The position numbers and the translations under genes are program-made. From a virus, in IMG/VR virus record IMGVR_UViG_3300039286_000350, positions 2,984 to 66,983 of that record: a stretch of 64,000 bases of DNA; one strand, written 5' to 3'. The notes beneath the pieces are model-generated. The model worked only from the letters and a program-made list of their open reading frames with translations. It ran no database searches and was not told the DNA's origin. This document shows, piece by piece, positions 43,501-53,485 of the stretch. Positions within the stretch are counted from its first letter, which is position 1. Each line of letters begins with the position of its first letter.

Positions 43501-46500
43501 TGGGGTTGTGAATGCCCTCTGCAAGGACTCGGTAGATTCCAGTCTTCTTGAGCCACTCAGAGGCCTTGTACATTTCCTCAGTAGGACCACCCGTATCAGT
43601 TGCCTCGCCACCATAATGGTACGAGCCAGCAACGTGACTACCTCCCGTTGTGGACGTAACAGATAGTCCAGGGAACGCGCCAAGCATAGCTGCGGTGACC
43701 TTCTTGATTCCGGAGTGGAGGCCTGATGGACTGACTCCGCGCCAAGCAGAGGTAAACTTTCGTTTACCGGCTTCGCCTCCACGGCCCCCTTTCGCATACG
43801 GGAAGTAGTTCGGGGTCTGCACTGATCCAAGGGCCATGTCCACAATGCCGGGGATACCTGACATCTGCTCAATGAAGCCCTCTTGGTGTGGAGTTATTAC
43901 AGCCTCATTCTTACCAAGCATGGCAGGAACGACATCACGGAGGGTGCCGATCATGTCCCCCATGATTCGACCACCTTCGGCGAAGAAGTTGGTCAAGGGG
44001 TGACCTAGCATCAGTTTTGAGAGACGGCCGCCTCTGGCTGCACCAACTTTCTGGTTTTTCACTTCACGTTGGTGCTGTTTTCCTGCTTTAGTGGAAAGAT
44101 CAGTACTCATATTTGGCATTTTGAAGTCAACGCCAAACGCTTTGAGAATACTAGAAGTCTGACCGAGGATCGATCCGAAGGACGATGAAGTCGTGTCCTT
44201 CATGTCACTCATGTTGTCGAACCACTTGCCCGCCATCTTGGAGGCGGCATCAACAACGTTGTCCTTGGTCTTATCAGACTTCTTGGTTGCAGAATCTTTC
44301 GTCTTGTCGAAATGGAAGTCAGCCGAATCTGAGATCTTCTTGAAGTTGACCTGACCAGCATGGGCCATTTTGGCCGTCTTATCTTCGGTGGCCTGTTTTG
44401 CTTCCTCCAGCTTTTTCTTTATCTGGTCGCGTGTGCGCTCCGATTCACGGACAGCTGCATCAGCTGCTCTCTTCGCATGCTTTTTGATCGTAGCCTCATA
44501 TGCGGAGAATACCTGATTGACCAAGGCAGCTATTTCAGAAAGAGAACCTTTGATCGTAGAAGATAGGGAGCCAACAGATCCCGCAAGGTTCCTCAGCCCA
44601 GGGCCCACACCGATGCCACTCTGTATTTGGCCACCTGCAGCGTACCCTTCTGGACCTCCTTTACCACCGCCGCCTAGCCGGCGGCGCAGGGCGTAGATTG
44701 CTCCGTGGCCACCTGCAGCCTGAACCTCCTTCTTAGTGATCATGTGCTCACCAGGAGTGGCTCGAATAACCACCGAGTCTGCATTTCCTCGGCCAGGTAT
44801 TGGTCCACCCTGAGCAAATAGGCCACCCACCGCGCCAGCTGCATCACTCAAGGCCCCACCAACTGCTCCGACACCGGGAATTGACTCTAGAGCGTCACCC
44901 ACACCGTCCTTTATGCCCTTAGCGATTTCCTTGCCGATGTCCTTGGCAGCCTCATATATCTTGCTTGGGATTTCCTTGAGGTATTGAAGTATATCCTCCC
45001 CAATCCCCTTTATAGCGCGCCCGACTGCCGGGGCGCCATTCTTGACAGCTCTAATAACAGCTGCAACAGCGCCCTTGGCCCACCGCCAGAACTTGGATGG
45101 TAGAGACTTGACGAAGTCAAGTGCCCCACTCAAGAAGGCTTCAACTGACTTGCGTCCACCACCCTTCGAGGAAGTAAAGAACTTGATGACCTTGGATACA
45201 GCCTCCTTCACAAAGTGGAGGAGTTTCCCAGGTAGACTTCGGAAGAAGTCTCTGGCGTTGATGACAAAATTGTAGACAGCGACAGCTGCCTTTGCCAGGC
45301 CCGTCGCAAGCATCACAGCAAGGTCCTTAAGGAATCCTAGGATGATGACTTTCGACTTGATTACGAAGAACAGCCATGCTTTTATAGAAGTTCCAATTAC
45401 ATAACCAATTATGTAAGGTATTTTCTTAATAGCCTCCAGTATGAGGCCAGGAAGAGCCTTGAAAGCATTGACAACAGTGTTCAACACACCAGGGATCTTG
45501 CCAAACGCATCCTTGATCGTGTTGAACAGCTGTGGGAGCTTCTTAGCTTGGTCAACAAGAAAAGTGATGATGTTAAGGAGGAATTTGATTGCGATAGCCA
45601 GAGCCTGGAAAGCATAAGCTACCGCCCTTATAGCTACTGCAATAGGAGCGAAGATAGCGATTAGGACGCCAAATCCTACAACCTGCGCAAACAGCTTGAT
45701 CGCTGGTCCGATCTTCTCAGCAACAAAGGAAATTGCATCGCCAAGCTTCTCGAAAGCAGAACCAGCTCCCTCAGCTACCTCTTCGGCATGACCACCAGTT
45801 ATCGATTCAACGAGGTCAACGAAGGCAACCTTGATTTCATCAAAGCCATCAATGAGCGGCTGGATACCCCACTCTAGAAGATCTACGATGACGCCGCGGA
45901 TGTTACCGAAGTTGGTCGCTAGAGCAACAACAGACCCTACAACAGCTGCAACAACAGCAACGACGATTGCTCCGACACCAGTCAAGGAAACACCAGCAGC
46001 TGTTAGACCAGTTATCTCACCAGCAAACGCTGCAATAGCTGCAACGGCTCCACGGAGGATGAGACCAAGTCTAGACAGACTAGTAATGGGTGATTTTATT
46101 ACTTTGACTGTTTTGCCAAACAGGCCAGAGACCCAAGCGACTATTTTACCAAGTTTGAACCATTTGCTACCAGCTTTATCAGCAGCTACCCCGCCGCCGA
46201 GGATGGCTCGTTCAGCAGCTACACCGCCGCCAAGGAGGGCCAACTGCTCAGCATTCTGGAATCCCCCACCAACTGTTTTGGCTTTCCTTGCTGCTTTGCC
46301 TGATCTGAACCCAGCTACCAACGGTACATTTCCAACACTCTGAGCAGCTGTTCCAAAGAGGGCCACACCCACACCAGCTGATCTAGACGCCACTGCTACT
46401 TTCCTGAAATAGTTGTACATATCGCTCAGAGCAGACGTCATGAGCGTTAGCAGTTGAGTGTCAAAGAACACGCGCAGGATAGTCTGGAAAGCGATGAAGT

Positions 46501-48559
46501 TAGCAACCACTAGTTGGATCGGATGAGGCAGAAGCTCAAAGGCTCCAAGGAGTTCCCGTAGGAACACCAAGAACAGATGGACGGGTCCTTGTGCATCGCC
46601 CATTATTGTGATGATCGCTGTAAGTTTCTCAATCAGGATTTCATTAATAACAGGGCCAATGCTGTCCTGTATGATTCCAAACAGCTCGATCAGTTTCGGA
46701 AGGAGGGTTGAGTTCAGACCTTTCAGCGCATTGATCAGGTTGCCTCGACCCTGTTTGGCCACCTCGAACATTCCCTCAGCGACTATCTGGAGGGTTTCAC
46801 CAAGGAGCTCAGCGACTGGTGCCATTTCCTCGAAGAATTCTTGGATACCTTTCTGACCAGCGATCGAGTTAATCGAGTCAGCGAGGTCCTCAAACCAGTT
46901 GGTCAGTTCAGCAATCAGTGAGTTGCCACTAGGAAGAGCGGCTTTGAATATGCCACCAAGCACCCGCCCCATCTGCCACAACAGTTCGATTACACCATTG
47001 AAGGACCGCGAAGAGTCCTCAGCAAATTTCTGGAGCTCGCCTGACTTGGACAGGTCTGTCATCCAGTTGTCGAACCGGTCTGTAAGTTCGACCAGTTTTG
47101 TTAGGAGACCATCCCCCGCTTCTTCTGAGGCTCGGAACCAGGTGAATATTGCGTGGCCAACGTTACCAATTATTTCACCAAGTTTGTCAGCTGCCTTCCA
47201 TGCATTGTCAAAGACTTCCTGTAGTTTCCCGTTCCGCTCCGATCTGAGAGTCAGTTTAGAGAAACGATCAAAGACATCAGAGATGGCGTTGGTGAATCGT
47301 TTGACGTTGGGAAGAGTGGCAACAAAAATGGCTCGGAAGGAGTCCACCAAGCCAAGTGCAGAAGGCCCCAAGGTACGGACCATGTAGCCGCCCAATTTGA
47401 TAACCTGCTGGAAGAACCCCTGGAAGCGGCTAGTGCCAACTAGGTCCTTGAACTGCTCAGAGAGGTTGGCAACCTCGATTGCTGATTCCTTTAGGCCTCC
47501 TTTGACATTGTTCAAGGTAGCAAAAGCGGTCGTTAGTAAGTTACCCCATACCCGGGCAGCTGGTTTAGAAAGGTATTCGTTGAACTTGAGGAGTTCACGG
47601 TTAGCGGCTAGCTGTATCGGGACAAACAGTTTCTGTGTCCCAGATAGTTTTTCATACGCTTTCTGGGCGGAGGCCATCGCCGCTGGATCCGAAGACCGAG
47701 ACGCTTTAAGGAAGGCAGTTGCTACTTTGTTGGCTTCGGTAACATTCGATTTTATGACCAAAGCTAGTGGTACGAATGCAGTTGCAAGAACGGCCAAGGA
47801 GGCGTGGAGAGTGGTCGCTGCAGGCGCCGCAGTCAGGAAGGCTCCGCCCAAGTTACCTATCTCGCCTACGACAGAGGTTAGCGGTGCAAGTAGCTGAACG
47901 AGGGTTCCTGAAAGGGCGAATAGTGCCGTGTCTGCCTGCCCAAGAAGGGCAATCATCGGAGGCAGTTTGGCAAACATCAGGGTCAGTTTGAGCCTGACGA
48001 TGTCAAAGATCAGGCCAGCTGAACCTATTGAAGATCTAGTTTTCTCGGATACCGTAAACTCTATGCGGCGGCCATCAAGAGCATCCACTTTCTGCTCAAG
48101 CAACTCTAGCTCAACTAGCGTACCAGCAGCGTCTAGATCAGAACTAATCCTTATATGACGTCCATCAACTCTTGAGATCGATCGGTCGAGAGCAAGTAGT
48201 TTGCCCTCCATGTCACCAAGCAATTCCGTGGTAACATGGATGTCTTTCCCATCCATACGGTCGATACGTTTCTCAAGATCATCAAGGTCTTTGAGAGTTT
48301 TCTTTTCGACCTGGAGGGAAACTTTCCCTTCTTTGCCGAGACGTTCGGTCGTACGACGGCTACGGTCGAGGGCATCTGTAAGTTTGTCAACTTCCTTGAC
48401 TGTTTTGCTATACTCGCTGCGCATGCCCTTGTTCGCTCGCGCAGCAGCTGCGGCTGTACGATCCTGCCGCTTTTCAATCTCATCAAACGCTTTCTCAAGC
48501 TCGCGTTGGCGGCTTGAGATGGTTACATGAGCTTTGGCTAGCTCGCGGTCAACAGCCAA
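40570..48559 (-). other. Tape measure region; the short ORF at 40570-41106 overlaps the TMP end and is uncertain
   Basis: The 40570-41106 frame reads like the usual TMP C-terminal tail (see finding). Confidence 0.4.
40871..48559 (-). CDS. Tape measure protein (2562 aa) with peptidase-like and phage tail lysozyme domains
   Basis: Very long helical Ala/Gly-rich ORF after the tail chaperones; FAQGG repeats; SYHY..ATD..HIH; GNAYAES..ERPG. Confidence 0.92.
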   Translation of the reverse strand: MAVDRELAKAHVTISSRQRELEKAFDEIEKRQDRTAAAAARANKGMRSEYSKTVKEVDKLTDALDRSRRTTERLGKEGKVSLQVEKKTLKDLDDLEKRIDRMDGKDIHVTTELLGDMEGKLLALDRSISRVDGRHIRISSDLDAAGTLVELELLEQKVDALDGRRIEFTVSEKTRSSIGSAGLIFDIVRLKLTLMFAKLPPMIALLGQADTALFALSGTLVQLLAPLTSVVGEIGNLGGAFLTAAPAATTLHASLAVLATAFVPLALVIKSNVTEANKVATAFLKASRSSDPAAMASAQKAYEKLSGTQKLFVPIQLAANRELLKFNEYLSKPAARVWGNLLTTAFATLNNVKGGLKESAIEVANLSEQFKDLVGTSRFQGFFQQVIKLGGYMVRTLGPSALGLVDSFRAIFVATLPNVKRFTNAISDVFDRFSKLTLRSERNGKLQEVFDNAWKAADKLGEIIGNVGHAIFTWFRASEEAGDGLLTKLVELTDRFDNWMTDLSKSGELQKFAEDSSRSFNGVIELLWQMGRVLGGIFKAALPSGNSLIAELTNWFEDLADSINSIAGQKGIQEFFEEMAPVAELLGETLQIVAEGMFEVAKQGRGNLINALKGLNSTLLPKLIELFGIIQDSIGPVINEILIEKLTAIITIMGDAQGPVHLFLVFLRELLGAFELLPHPIQLVVANFIAFQTILRVFFDTQLLTLMTSALSDMYNYFRKVAVASRSAGVGVALFGTAAQSVGNVPLVAGFRSGKAARKAKTVGGGFQNAEQLALLGGGVAAERAILGGGVAADKAGSKWFKLGKIVAWVSGLFGKTVKVIKSPITSLSRLGLILRGAVAAIAAFAGEITGLTAAGVSLTGVGAIVVAVVAAVVGSVVALATNFGNIRGVIVDLLEWGIQPLIDGFDEIKVAFVDLVESITGGHAEEVAEGAGSAFEKLGDAISFVAEKIGPAIKLFAQVVGFGVLIAIFAPIAVAIRAVAYAFQALAIAIKFLLNIITFLVDQAKKLPQLFNTIKDAFGKIPGVLNTVVNAFKALPGLILEAIKKIPYIIGYVIGTSIKAWLFFVIKSKVIILGFLKDLAVMLATGLAKAAVAVYNFVINARDFFRSLPGKLLHFVKEAVSKVIKFFTSSKGGGRKSVEAFLSGALDFVKSLPSKFWRWAKGAVAAVIRAVKNGAPAVGRAIKGIGEDILQYLKEIPSKIYEAAKDIGKEIAKGIKDGVGDALESIPGVGAVGGALSDAAGAVGGLFAQGGPIPGRGNADSVVIRATPGEHMITKKEVQAAGGHGAIYALRRRLGGGGKGGPEGYAAGGQIQSGIGVGPGLRNLAGSVGSLSSTIKGSLSEIAALVNQVFSAYEATIKKHAKRAADAAVRESERTRDQIKKKLEEAKQATEDKTAKMAHAGQVNFKKISDSADFHFDKTKDSATKKSDKTKDNVVDAASKMAGKWFDNMSDMKDTTSSSFGSILGQTSSILKAFGVDFKMPNMSTDLSTKAGKQHQREVKNQKVGAARGGRLSKLMLGHPLTNFFAEGGRIMGDMIGTLRDVVPAMLGKNEAVITPHQEGFIEQMSGIPGIVDMALGSVQTPNYFPYAKGGRGGEAGKRKFTSAWRGVSPSGLHSGIKKVTAAMLGAFPGLSVTSTTGGSHVAGSYHYGGEATDTGGPTEEMYKASEWLKKTGIYRVLAEGIHNPNLSVADGSLVSPSTYSSVWAGHADHIHLAVTQAVKRLAGFAGGALGGVAGSVPKIKIPKIKAAGGAAAAVAQAAVQKVGAAANKFVQKQAAKTGGLPVMGGSGGNVEAQIYSTLRKNRLNLVGASGIIGNAYAESTLDPSAQGYGGGGLFGFTTPPVSLANLKEFMAKRKLPWTNASGQVVFMLKHLAASLRNRLNASASPEAAASLFMSEWERPGIPRQDVRESAARRAYARFSKMAKGGRAMASTLGRPFARFAKGTSGGASYSPGQKPRNQVQKSKDRLQDELDKLIERIEKQFKGRFESLGKTLIGLVKSITDKEIKALVEEFRRIQKKIKQNFKGAFQDLVKFTGKSLEFTKENIRGISQVVAAIKTFRGLAHRKAPTLESVQKDFEREASDKDLAKFNKKSAKEQKAFLKKQYEEAKDAFVKMRDAAKEALKGARQTLKGIVETIVSSSTEIYEAFNSYLEAGSGLSSSSTSPVTATFDALQGLDKLDYSKVEGFLGQISYWSRTIKDFGRQFLFAKQQVNLSIRELKDLGAQMAFIQKLARKTGSNFKGAVEQVKHNVLATAQAAIDAVNRMYEQAKAELERQLNDEISSIERARQTEIDTLEKGKENELNALEKAHDEKLKLLEDAERDITRAAEREQRRREVALTRRSLGKLLAQEFLSDEDIDQIESLQQQLADQLRANAEAERRYTYEDTIEKINKDFETTREAINERYDQAIDAANQKYDQAIETAQARFAEAMVTLTNQSTAMMDDIIKQAAKALGVKPKQIWDYLLGGGTLQRKVGQDAAEELVSGLLDNPNLFIQAGVQAMQAFLAGANAAATGQPAPQAAVGGGQKAQGGGKKGKKGKKTQWWVCAWILQSGVRSHPDFW

Positions 48560-48562
48560 GGG

Positions 48563-49728
48563 CTAAGAGCCTCCCATTCGGCCAAGAGTTGACAACAACC
48601 GTTCGTAGGATCCCGGAGGATTCATCTCCTCTGGTGGAACGGCTGGCGTGACCTTTCGCTCCGACACATCCGGCAAATCTGCCGTGTCTGCCTCGAAGTG
48701 AAGGCTCCTGACCTCCTTGGGTTCTGGCTCTTTTCGTGGGTCCTTCACACCCGGTGGAAGGATTATCTCCTTCTGGGGTTTTGAAGGTGCTTCGGCAGGC
48801 AAGCGTGGGCCTGCCTCGGCCTCGTCTGATATCAGCTGTATTTTGGAAGCAGCTGCGGCTCCCTTCTCTGACTGAGCAGAGAACATGGAGATAAAACGGG
48901 TTGCGGCCTCTAGCAGTTTGGCCTGCTCTAGGAAGCGGGCACGAAGGCGTGCATTGATGTGCCGAACGGCCTGAGATAGTCGGTCTAGTGTTCGATCTAG
49001 TATATAGTCGTCGGTCCATCCGTACTCCGATGCAACAAGGTCGAACGCAAGCGCCCAACCTTCCTCGTTTAGGCGCTCTCTGTATTCGGTGTCTCCTCGT
49101 CTTTCTGCGTCGGAAACAGTTTCATCAATGCTTTTCCCAATTGCTGCATCCTTGGGGCCTCATTTGCGTAAGCTTGGTGGAAGACGCGGATCACATCCTC
49201 GGCCTCTGGGTTATCCATGTAAGTAAGAAGCTTTGCTTCCTCTTCGTCGGTCAGCTTGGTGATTGGGTTGAGGAGCGTGTTCACCAGGTTGACGAACTCA
49301 TGCTCAGAGTGTGGAACCGTGATTACCAGTTGAGCAAAGGCGGCAATCATCGAAGCCTCACGCTGTTCTTCGGTCCGAGCTTCCATAATAGGAGCCAGGA
49401 TCGAATATACATCCAGCGGTCGGGTAGATCCCGTCAAGACTCGTCCGATCTGCAGCAGCTGGCGGATCTTTACTGGGCGGATCTTGCACTCAACCCCAGG
49501 CTCCCCATTACGGTACTCAGGGTTTACATCGGACTCAGCAACGATGACCGTGCCACCTGCAGACACCTCAGGTAGTATTGGGTCAAGTTCGGTTACTGCT
49601 GGTGTCTCTGCTGGGGTCTCCTCAGCGTCTGGTGCCTCGGCTGTTGCTTTGGGCTTCTCCTCTGAGGAAGCGGGGTCTTTCGCAGCTGGTTTCGGAGGGG
49701 CTTTCGTAGCCCCGTCGGATGCGCTCAT
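48563..49728 (-). CDS. Tail assembly chaperone G (49069-49728) and frameshifted GT (ends 48563)
   Basis: G GGA AAA slippery site at 49132-49138; -1 frame open through AFDLVASEYGWTDDYIL into the 48563-48886 ORF. Confidence 0.85.
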
Positions 49729-49802
49729 TTAGCGTCATTCTCCTTCTGGGTTATGGTTGAGTGGATCGGATGCGCGCAGTCGTGGCTGTCACTCATCCTT
49801 GC

Positions 49803-50381
49803 TTAGATCACCGCACCGGAGATCAAGCGACCTACACGCTTTTTGCCGTCGGCATGTGCCGTTCCTTTCTCGTCTTTGAGAGACGATAGGGCACGACCCG
49901 CGTAAGTGACCTCCATTCCGGTCTTGTACGCCGGACCGGCGAAAGTCATCGGGCCAAACTGGACCTTGTACAAGACAATGTCCAAACGACGGACCACACC
50001 TTCACTGTCCTTCGACGGCACCCTAACGAGTACCGGTTTAGGTTCAGTGTTCATATGATCCTCATGCCACAGGTCAAACCCGAATTTCGTGGATGAACCT
50101 GTTCCTGAGGAGCTGATAGATTTACCAGTGACTGCGGCCAATACCGGGAACGAGATGTACCCGGAGGTTACAGTCAAGGTGGCGAAGTTCAGCCAGTACC
50201 AGCTGGACAGGATAGAGTCATCACCCTCGTTGTCGAACTGCCCAACGTCGGGATCGACAGCTGCAGAACGGACGCCAAAGACGTCAGTACCTACAGTCTG
50301 TGCAGCGTCCTCGGCGGATGTGGCACCGTCAAGGATTGAAACGTGGGAGGCTGAGAAGCCCTCCATAATGTTGGTCGGCAT
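49803..50381 (-). CDS. Major tail protein
   Basis: Position upstream of the chaperones; size; tail-tube-like beta-rich sequence. Confidence 0.75.
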   Translation of the reverse strand: MPTNIMEGFSASHVSILDGATSAEDAAQTVGTDVFGVRSAAVDPDVGQFDNEGDDSILSSWYWLNFATLTVTSGYISFPVLAAVTGKSISSSGTGSSTKFGFDLWHEDHMNTEPKPVLVRVPSKDSEGVVRRLDIVLYKVQFGPMTFAGPAYKTGMEVTYAGRALSSLKDEKGTAHADGKKRVGRLISGAVI

Positions 50382-50974
50382 TAGTTTTCACCTCCTTCCG
50401 AGCCGCCATTTTGCCCGTTATCGAACCAAGGCTTGCCTGATTCTTGACGGACCCAGGGCTCTATAGCCTCAGTCTTAACAAACTCTCCTGCAGTCGAGTA
50501 CAAGTGCATTGTTACTTTCTTCGTCTCACGCTTGCACTGTGGGCAAGAGAACTCGATCAAGTTGTTTGAATCAGTCGTGGGCAGGGGCTCCTGGATTATC
50601 ATCTTTCCAAATAGGCGACGACCATCTACAGGGCAGCGCATGTCCACTATTCTAACACGAGGTTGCTTGTCATCGTATCCAAGCAGGGAAGCGATCAAGG
50701 CCTCAAACCTAGGTGACGACAAAGTCTGGTCCTTCAAGGATTCACGTCGTCCATCGCATGTCCACTCTCGAATGTACCAAAGCCCAGCATCTCTTCGTAG
50801 CATGAACATGTGATCGCATCCCTCAAGGGAAAACCCTATAGAAGCGAACGGCGACTTTGAAGGCATGATGTGCACCCCGTGGGCTCCAGGGAGACGGCCT
50901 CGGACACGCATTACCACAGCATCAGTTAGATCCTGAGTTGCACTCACTTCCTGTGGAGTCTGCGCCTCAGCCAC
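50381..50974 (-). CDS. Protein with C-terminal Com-like zinc ribbon
   Basis: DMRCPVDGRRLFG..IEFSCPQCKR; GTG start overlaps the upstream stop. Confidence 0.55.
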   Translation of the reverse strand: MAEAQTPQEVSATQDLTDAVVMRVRGRLPGAHGVHIMPSKSPFASIGFSLEGCDHMFMLRRDAGLWYIREWTCDGRRESLKDQTLSSPRFEALIASLLGYDDKQPRVRIVDMRCPVDGRRLFGKMIIQEPLPTTDSNNLIEFSCPQCKRETKKVTMHLYSTAGEFVKTEAIEPWVRQESGKPWFDNGQNGGSEGGEN

Positions 50975-52106
50975 GTCCAAGAGGCACTCCCTGGTAAGCT
51001 GCGAGAACATGATCGAGAACATCTTGAGCATGACGATCCCAATCACATAGGAAGGGCATCTGCCCAATTGCATTCTCTGCTTTCCGGGCCTTCATCGAAG
51101 GCGACGACTCAACAAAATCAACGAGGGTCCGTATTACGTCGTCCTGGTCGTATGCCAACCACTCACCGTAACGTTCGGCGTCGGCACCATGCCAAGTTCC
51201 CCAATGCTTTACCGGCTCCCAATGTGATGGAATTACCCATCCTTTGTCAACGGCATGGTAAGCGGCGGCTCCCATCTGGTCTGGGGCTATAAGAATACCG
51301 CCCGTCGCCATAAACTCGGCGCCTGGGAGGTAAAAACCCTCGCCTCTATAAGGAGCGAACAACGCATGCTTGTCATAATAAAAGTCGCGTACTTCCTCAC
51401 GTGATTTCCATCCGAAGAACTCAACAAAGATATTGCTAAACTGTTCCGGCAGAGTACGAAACTGCGGGAGTTCATAAAACGTCGTCGCGATATGCAACTC
51501 GACGTCAGGATTATCACCGTAAGCCTCAGCGAAGGCTTCGACGGCAATATCAATGCCCTTTCGATAAGTGAGTGCGCCGAACATGCAAAGTTTCAGCGGC
51601 TTAGCATCCCACTCACGGGGACGGGCGGACCAGAAGGTGGTGTCCACGCCCTCGGGCGAGTAGGAGCAAGGTATGTCAGGGGCTAGCTCCTTGAACAAGG
51701 CGATGTTGTCCTTACATGGGACTATGATCTCGTCAACCGCGCTTAGTGAGCGTCCGAAGTCGGTGGGAGGAATTCTAGTCGTCTCCCAGGTAGTTATTCC
51801 GATCGTGTGCGCCGCAATTCGCTCTAGGCGCATAGGATTTGCGACTATGATTCCGACCTCAGCTTCGTAATCCCATGGTTCTACAAGCGTAGCAAGGAAC
51901 TCTGGTGGAAGCGGTGGCTCACAAAAATAGGGATAGCTGTTGACATCAGCGCCGAGACGGAGCATCGCCAAAACCAGTTCCACAAAGTGCGTTCCATAAC
52001 CAGTGGCACGGTTAGAAGGTCCCTTCGCCGGCACACGTATATGAACGGATGCATCGTGAGGGTTTGCGTTCATGATCTGTGCCGCGAAATCAGGTGCTGG
52101 CGTCAC
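50967..52106 (-). CDS. GT-B (GT4-like) glycosyltransferase
   Basis: TWETTRIP, EGVDT, RKGIDIAVEAFAEA, PYRGEGFYLPGAEFMATG. Confidence 0.88.
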   Translation of the reverse strand: MTPAPDFAAQIMNANPHDASVHIRVPAKGPSNRATGYGTHFVELVLAMLRLGADVNSYPYFCEPPLPPEFLATLVEPWDYEAEVGIIVANPMRLERIAAHTIGITTWETTRIPPTDFGRSLSAVDEIIVPCKDNIALFKELAPDIPCSYSPEGVDTTFWSARPREWDAKPLKLCMFGALTYRKGIDIAVEAFAEAYGDNPDVELHIATTFYELPQFRTLPEQFSNIFVEFFGWKSREEVRDFYYDKHALFAPYRGEGFYLPGAEFMATGGILIAPDQMGAAAYHAVDKGWVIPSHWEPVKHWGTWHGADAERYGEWLAYDQDDVIRTLVDFVESSPSMKARKAENAIGQMPFLCDWDRHAQDVLDHVLAAYQGVPLGRG

Positions 52107-52114
52107 TTGCGCTC

Positions 52115-52579
52115 CTATCTTTCGGCGTAAAGAGTTACATTGTAAGGAATAGCTAGGTACGGAAGGTCTTGGTCTCTGTCAAATGTTTCTAGCGGCTGCG
52201 CTTGACGATCAGATTGCATCGTCTCAGCACCAGATGTCAATGGATCAGCTGCTTGCAGATGAGCATCAACGTTCCCAAACATGGCCCAGGCGCGGTCGAT
52301 CCCGTCCTCCGTTGCAGGAGGTTTACCATCTACCCTGGTATGATCTGCGTAAAGGCAGGCACTGACAATTGATCCCTGAGCATGAACAGAGGGATTTATA
52401 CCAGGTCCTGCTTTGAGCACAACAGCTCGAAGGCCAGTTCCGGAAAGTTTCAGGGGCAAGGCATCGCGAAAGATAAGCCTGCCATAATCAGTGTTAGTGT
52501 CAGCAATCTTTGCTTGCTCATCAGTTGGGAGAGCCAGCAAGAACTGCACGACGGCCAGATGTGGAGGAACATAAGTCAT
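52115..52579 (-). CDS. Tail terminator/completion protein (putative)
   Basis: Synteny and size. Confidence 0.6.
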   Translation of the reverse strand: MTYVPPHLAVVQFLLALPTDEQAKIADTNTDYGRLIFRDALPLKLSGTGLRAVVLKAGPGINPSVHAQGSIVSACLYADHTRVDGKPPATEDGIDRAWAMFGNVDAHLQAADPLTSGAETMQSDRQAQPLETFDRDQDLPYLAIPYNVTLYAER

Positions 52580-53223
52580 ATTAGCGCTTTTTCAAACTCC
52601 TCCTTGAGGATCTCCTCATAAACACCTGAGTCGAACAGGTCATCAAGTGCTGGGGTGAGGAACGGCCGAGCCTTACCTTTGACGAAAACGCCCCACACTG
52701 GTCTTTTACGACCGCGTGGGATGAGCCATCTCTTCCCAACGTGTTTCGTGCCTGTCGGAACCGCATCTCTTGGGGGTATCCTCCAACCCCATTGACGAAG
52801 TGCCTGGTAATACAAGTCTTCGGCAACATGGAAAGGGACAAAGTGACCTTGGAATCCGAGCTCAACATAGATGGAGTAAGCAGCATCCGCGACAACGATG
52901 CATGTGACCGTTGACGTCGCAGCATCATGCTCGGCATCTTCCTTATGGATAGTGCCTGCCATCCTGCCTGTGTTAACAGTGGCATTCTGAACCGCTTTGG
53001 CCTCGACATACAGGCCCATCCGATTGAAAGCTCGTACAGAAGCCGCGATGAACCGCTCTTTAGCGATCTGGACTTCAGCGTCGAACTTCTCCTTTTCCCA
53101 CTCAATCTCAACAAGCACATCAAGTGGTCTCCGGTGCTGATAGAAACAGCCTAGATCCTCTATATTCTCCAGATCCACCGTCGAAGAAGGTCTCCACTTC
53201 TTCGACCTTGTAATTGGTGCCAT
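52576..53223 (-). CDS. HK97 gp10-like tail completion protein
   Basis: NATVNTGRMAGTI, YSIYVELG, KARPFLTPA. Confidence 0.8.
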   Translation of the reverse strand: MAPITRSKKWRPSSTVDLENIEDLGCFYQHRRPLDVLVEIEWEKEKFDAEVQIAKERFIAASVRAFNRMGLYVEAKAVQNATVNTGRMAGTIHKEDAEHDAATSTVTCIVVADAAYSIYVELGFQGHFVPFHVAEDLYYQALRQWGWRIPPRDAVPTGTKHVGKRWLIPRGRKRPVWGVFVKGKARPFLTPALDDLFDSGVYEEILKEEFEKALI

Positions 53224-53485
53224 TGACTACCACCAAGTCGTCCTCGTCAGGGACATTGGTAGGATCCTCGGGATGTATCTTTAGCTGATGAACAAGCACC
53301 ATCATATAGGTGGTTCCGTTCGGACCCTCTACCGCTTTGCGACGTTTGAACACAGAGAGGTCGCAGGGCTCGCCCTCAAGCACTTTGTCTTCGTCAAATT
53401 TAGGCAGACGAGTGGTTGCGTCAAGTCCAGTCTGATCACGCCGGACAAAGGTCATAGTGTCGAGCCACATGGCCTTGTCAGACAT
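53120..53485 (-). CDS. Head-to-tail stopper (putative)
   Basis: Synteny; DLVVVNGTNYKV. Confidence 0.65.
   Translation of the reverse strand: MSDKAMWLDTMTFVRRDQTGLDATTRLPKFDEDKVLEGEPCDLSVFKRRKAVEGPNGTTYMMVLVHQLKIHPEDPTNVPDEDDLVVVNGTNYKVEEVETFFDGGSGEYRGSRLFLSAPETT

Noticed and set aside
41144-48530. Numerous plus-strand ORFs opposite the tape measure gene
   Set aside because: Shadow ORFs caused by codon bias of the minus-strand gene
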